Shown: positions 62,499 through 64,000 of the stretch, piece after piece | Layout of the letters: the number at the start of each line of letters is the position of its first letter | Position numbering within the stretch: position 1 is the first letter of the stretch | NCBI RefSeq assembly: GCF_000150275.1 | Contig: NW_002060946.1 | Location: forward strand, 4,979,454 to 5,043,453 | Direction of reading: 5' to 3' | Length of the DNA: 64,000 nucleotides | Origin: Trichoplax adhaerens | Lineage: Eukaryota; Animalia; Placozoa | Notes under the pieces: model-generated | What the model was told of the DNA's origin: nothing | Seen by the model: the letters and a program-made list of their open reading frames with translations, nothing else | Databases searched by the model: none | Program-made: the position numbers and the translations under genes

Positions 62499-64000
62499 AT
62501 GCATCGTGGCACTCTCATCCTATGCTTAGCCTTTTTAATAGGGGCGGAATCTTTCTTTATTCCACCAAGGTAAGCTTGGATACTATCTGAAGCAAATCGC
62601 TATTAAATGTAGAAATGTTTGTAATTGTTTTCTATATAAGCATTTTATATAGAGTCTTGGAGTCATACAAATCTCTAAATTATTTTGTACGATATTTTAT
62701 ATTTAGAACCCAGGGTGTTCCAGTTAATAATCCTTTAGCGCAGATTCAACGCCCTGAAATCCCGTCCCGGTTTGACTTGGGCAGTTATTTCATCGCTGCT
62801 CCCAAGACTTTCCGTTTCGGCAGCAATTTAACCATCTCGGTTAACATCTATCGTGCACAATCTCCAGTGACTGTTGGTTTGACATTATTCAGTAATCGTC
62901 GTCCCAATATCGCAAGTGAGCTGCAAGACTTTCCTTCCTGGTAAGAGAAATGTTATTGGCACTCTACTTTACAAAATATTTTGAATTATTACTTACTCAA
63001 GTATTTTAATCAATTTCCTTTCAAATAAATAACAGGAAATCCTGGCAATGTCACTCTTGAGGTAAATTAGATCCGTTTTCTACTTTTTAATTCAGATTTA
63101 ATGAATTTACCAATTTTTATGTTCAACTATTAAAATTAAAATTTACGCAATTTAATTGGTATTATAGATCCCAGTACTCAATAATACTGATACTACTCCT
63201 GATGACTATTACTTGCAAGCTTTTGGATTTGGAGGAGTTCTTTTCAATACCACCAAATCTATTTTTGCTACTCAAAATAAGACCTTTGTCTTTTTGCAAA
63301 CTGACAAGAAATTGTATCAGCCAGGCCAAACTGGTAAGAAATGACTAATGTAATATAGCGCTATCATATTTCAATAGTAAGTAGAATTACCTAAGTTGGA
63401 AATGGGAAAAATAATTATTTCGCCTTTTATGTTTAAAGTTCGCTACAGGGTTGTTTGTATCGATGATGAATTTATGCCGACTCCAACTCAGAAAATCCAA
63501 ACTACCATCAAGGTATTTTCAGACTATTCTAAAACTCAATAGATAGACTATACAGTAATTTAATTTGAAGTGTCTGCTAATATCTAAGATACAATATTAT
63601 AAGAACGAGCTCTTTGAGTCTATTACATTTCTAATGGTAATTCATTTTGGGGGGGGGACTAGGATCCACAAAATAACAACATCTTCAGCACCAGAACACG
63701 AAACTGCACCAATGGTAAGGAAAAATAGAGATTGATTAATGATGTCGCGGCGATAATATACTAATACCGGGTTCCATCAATTCTCATAATTAGGTTTTAT
63801 CTCTGAGGAATTCCCTCTTACTGAACGATCAAGCAATGGAACTTACAGAATTGAAGTTCGAAATGAAGTGAGTAGAAATGATTAACAGATTTATAATCGC
63901 CGTTGTGATAGAATTGCCATTTTAGGCTAAATTAACTTTCAACTGAAATATTGACCATTCATTCAATTTTAGACTGACCTTGTAACCGTCAAATTTTTCC
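62499..64000 (+). CDS. Second TEP/CD109-family paralogue, 5' part only (truncated by the window end)
   Basis: Signal peptide MHRGTLILCLAFLIGAES; YFIAAPKTFRFG; VFLQTDKKLYQPGQTVRYRVV; DPQNN; EFPLTERSSNGTYRIEV. Same intron positions as the upstream CD109, including a 26-nt micro-exon (63036-63061 versus 43145-43170). The exon 2/3 junction has a phase conflict (see findings). Confidence 0.88.

Overview
Eukaryotic, AT-rich, intron-dense animal genomic DNA with many short (~65-130 bp) GT-AG introns. The compact architecture and gene set suggest a non-bilaterian such as the placozoan Trichoplax; this is inference, not established from the window. Reconstructed multi-exon genes, in order: alanyl-tRNA synthetase (AARS1, +), ubiquitin E2 variant (UBE2V/MMS2, +), fatty acid 2-hydroxylase (FA2H, +), DEAD-box helicase DDX27/Drs1 (+), saccharopine dehydrogenase-like oxidoreductase (SCCPDH, -), a complete CD109-like thioester protein with a predicted GPI signal (+), and the 5' part of a second TEP paralogue that runs off the window. 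A probable 5' exon of an unidentified minus-strand gene lies at the left edge. There are several tandem arrays (~130, ~142, 39 and 131 bp units). Most interesting: (1) a 74-aa in-frame, acid-free, Arg/Ser-rich extension in front of the conserved AlaRS start, suggesting one gene makes both cytosolic and mitochondrial AlaRS; (2) an orphan, diverged copy of the CD109 terminal exon 3.2 kb downstream that lacks the GPI signal and is 1 nt out of phase; (3) a frame problem in exon 2 of the second TEP that an alternative donor would rescue; (4) TACAG/CTGTA repeats and palindromes clustering at gene 5' ends. No rRNA, tRNA or CRISPR was recognised.
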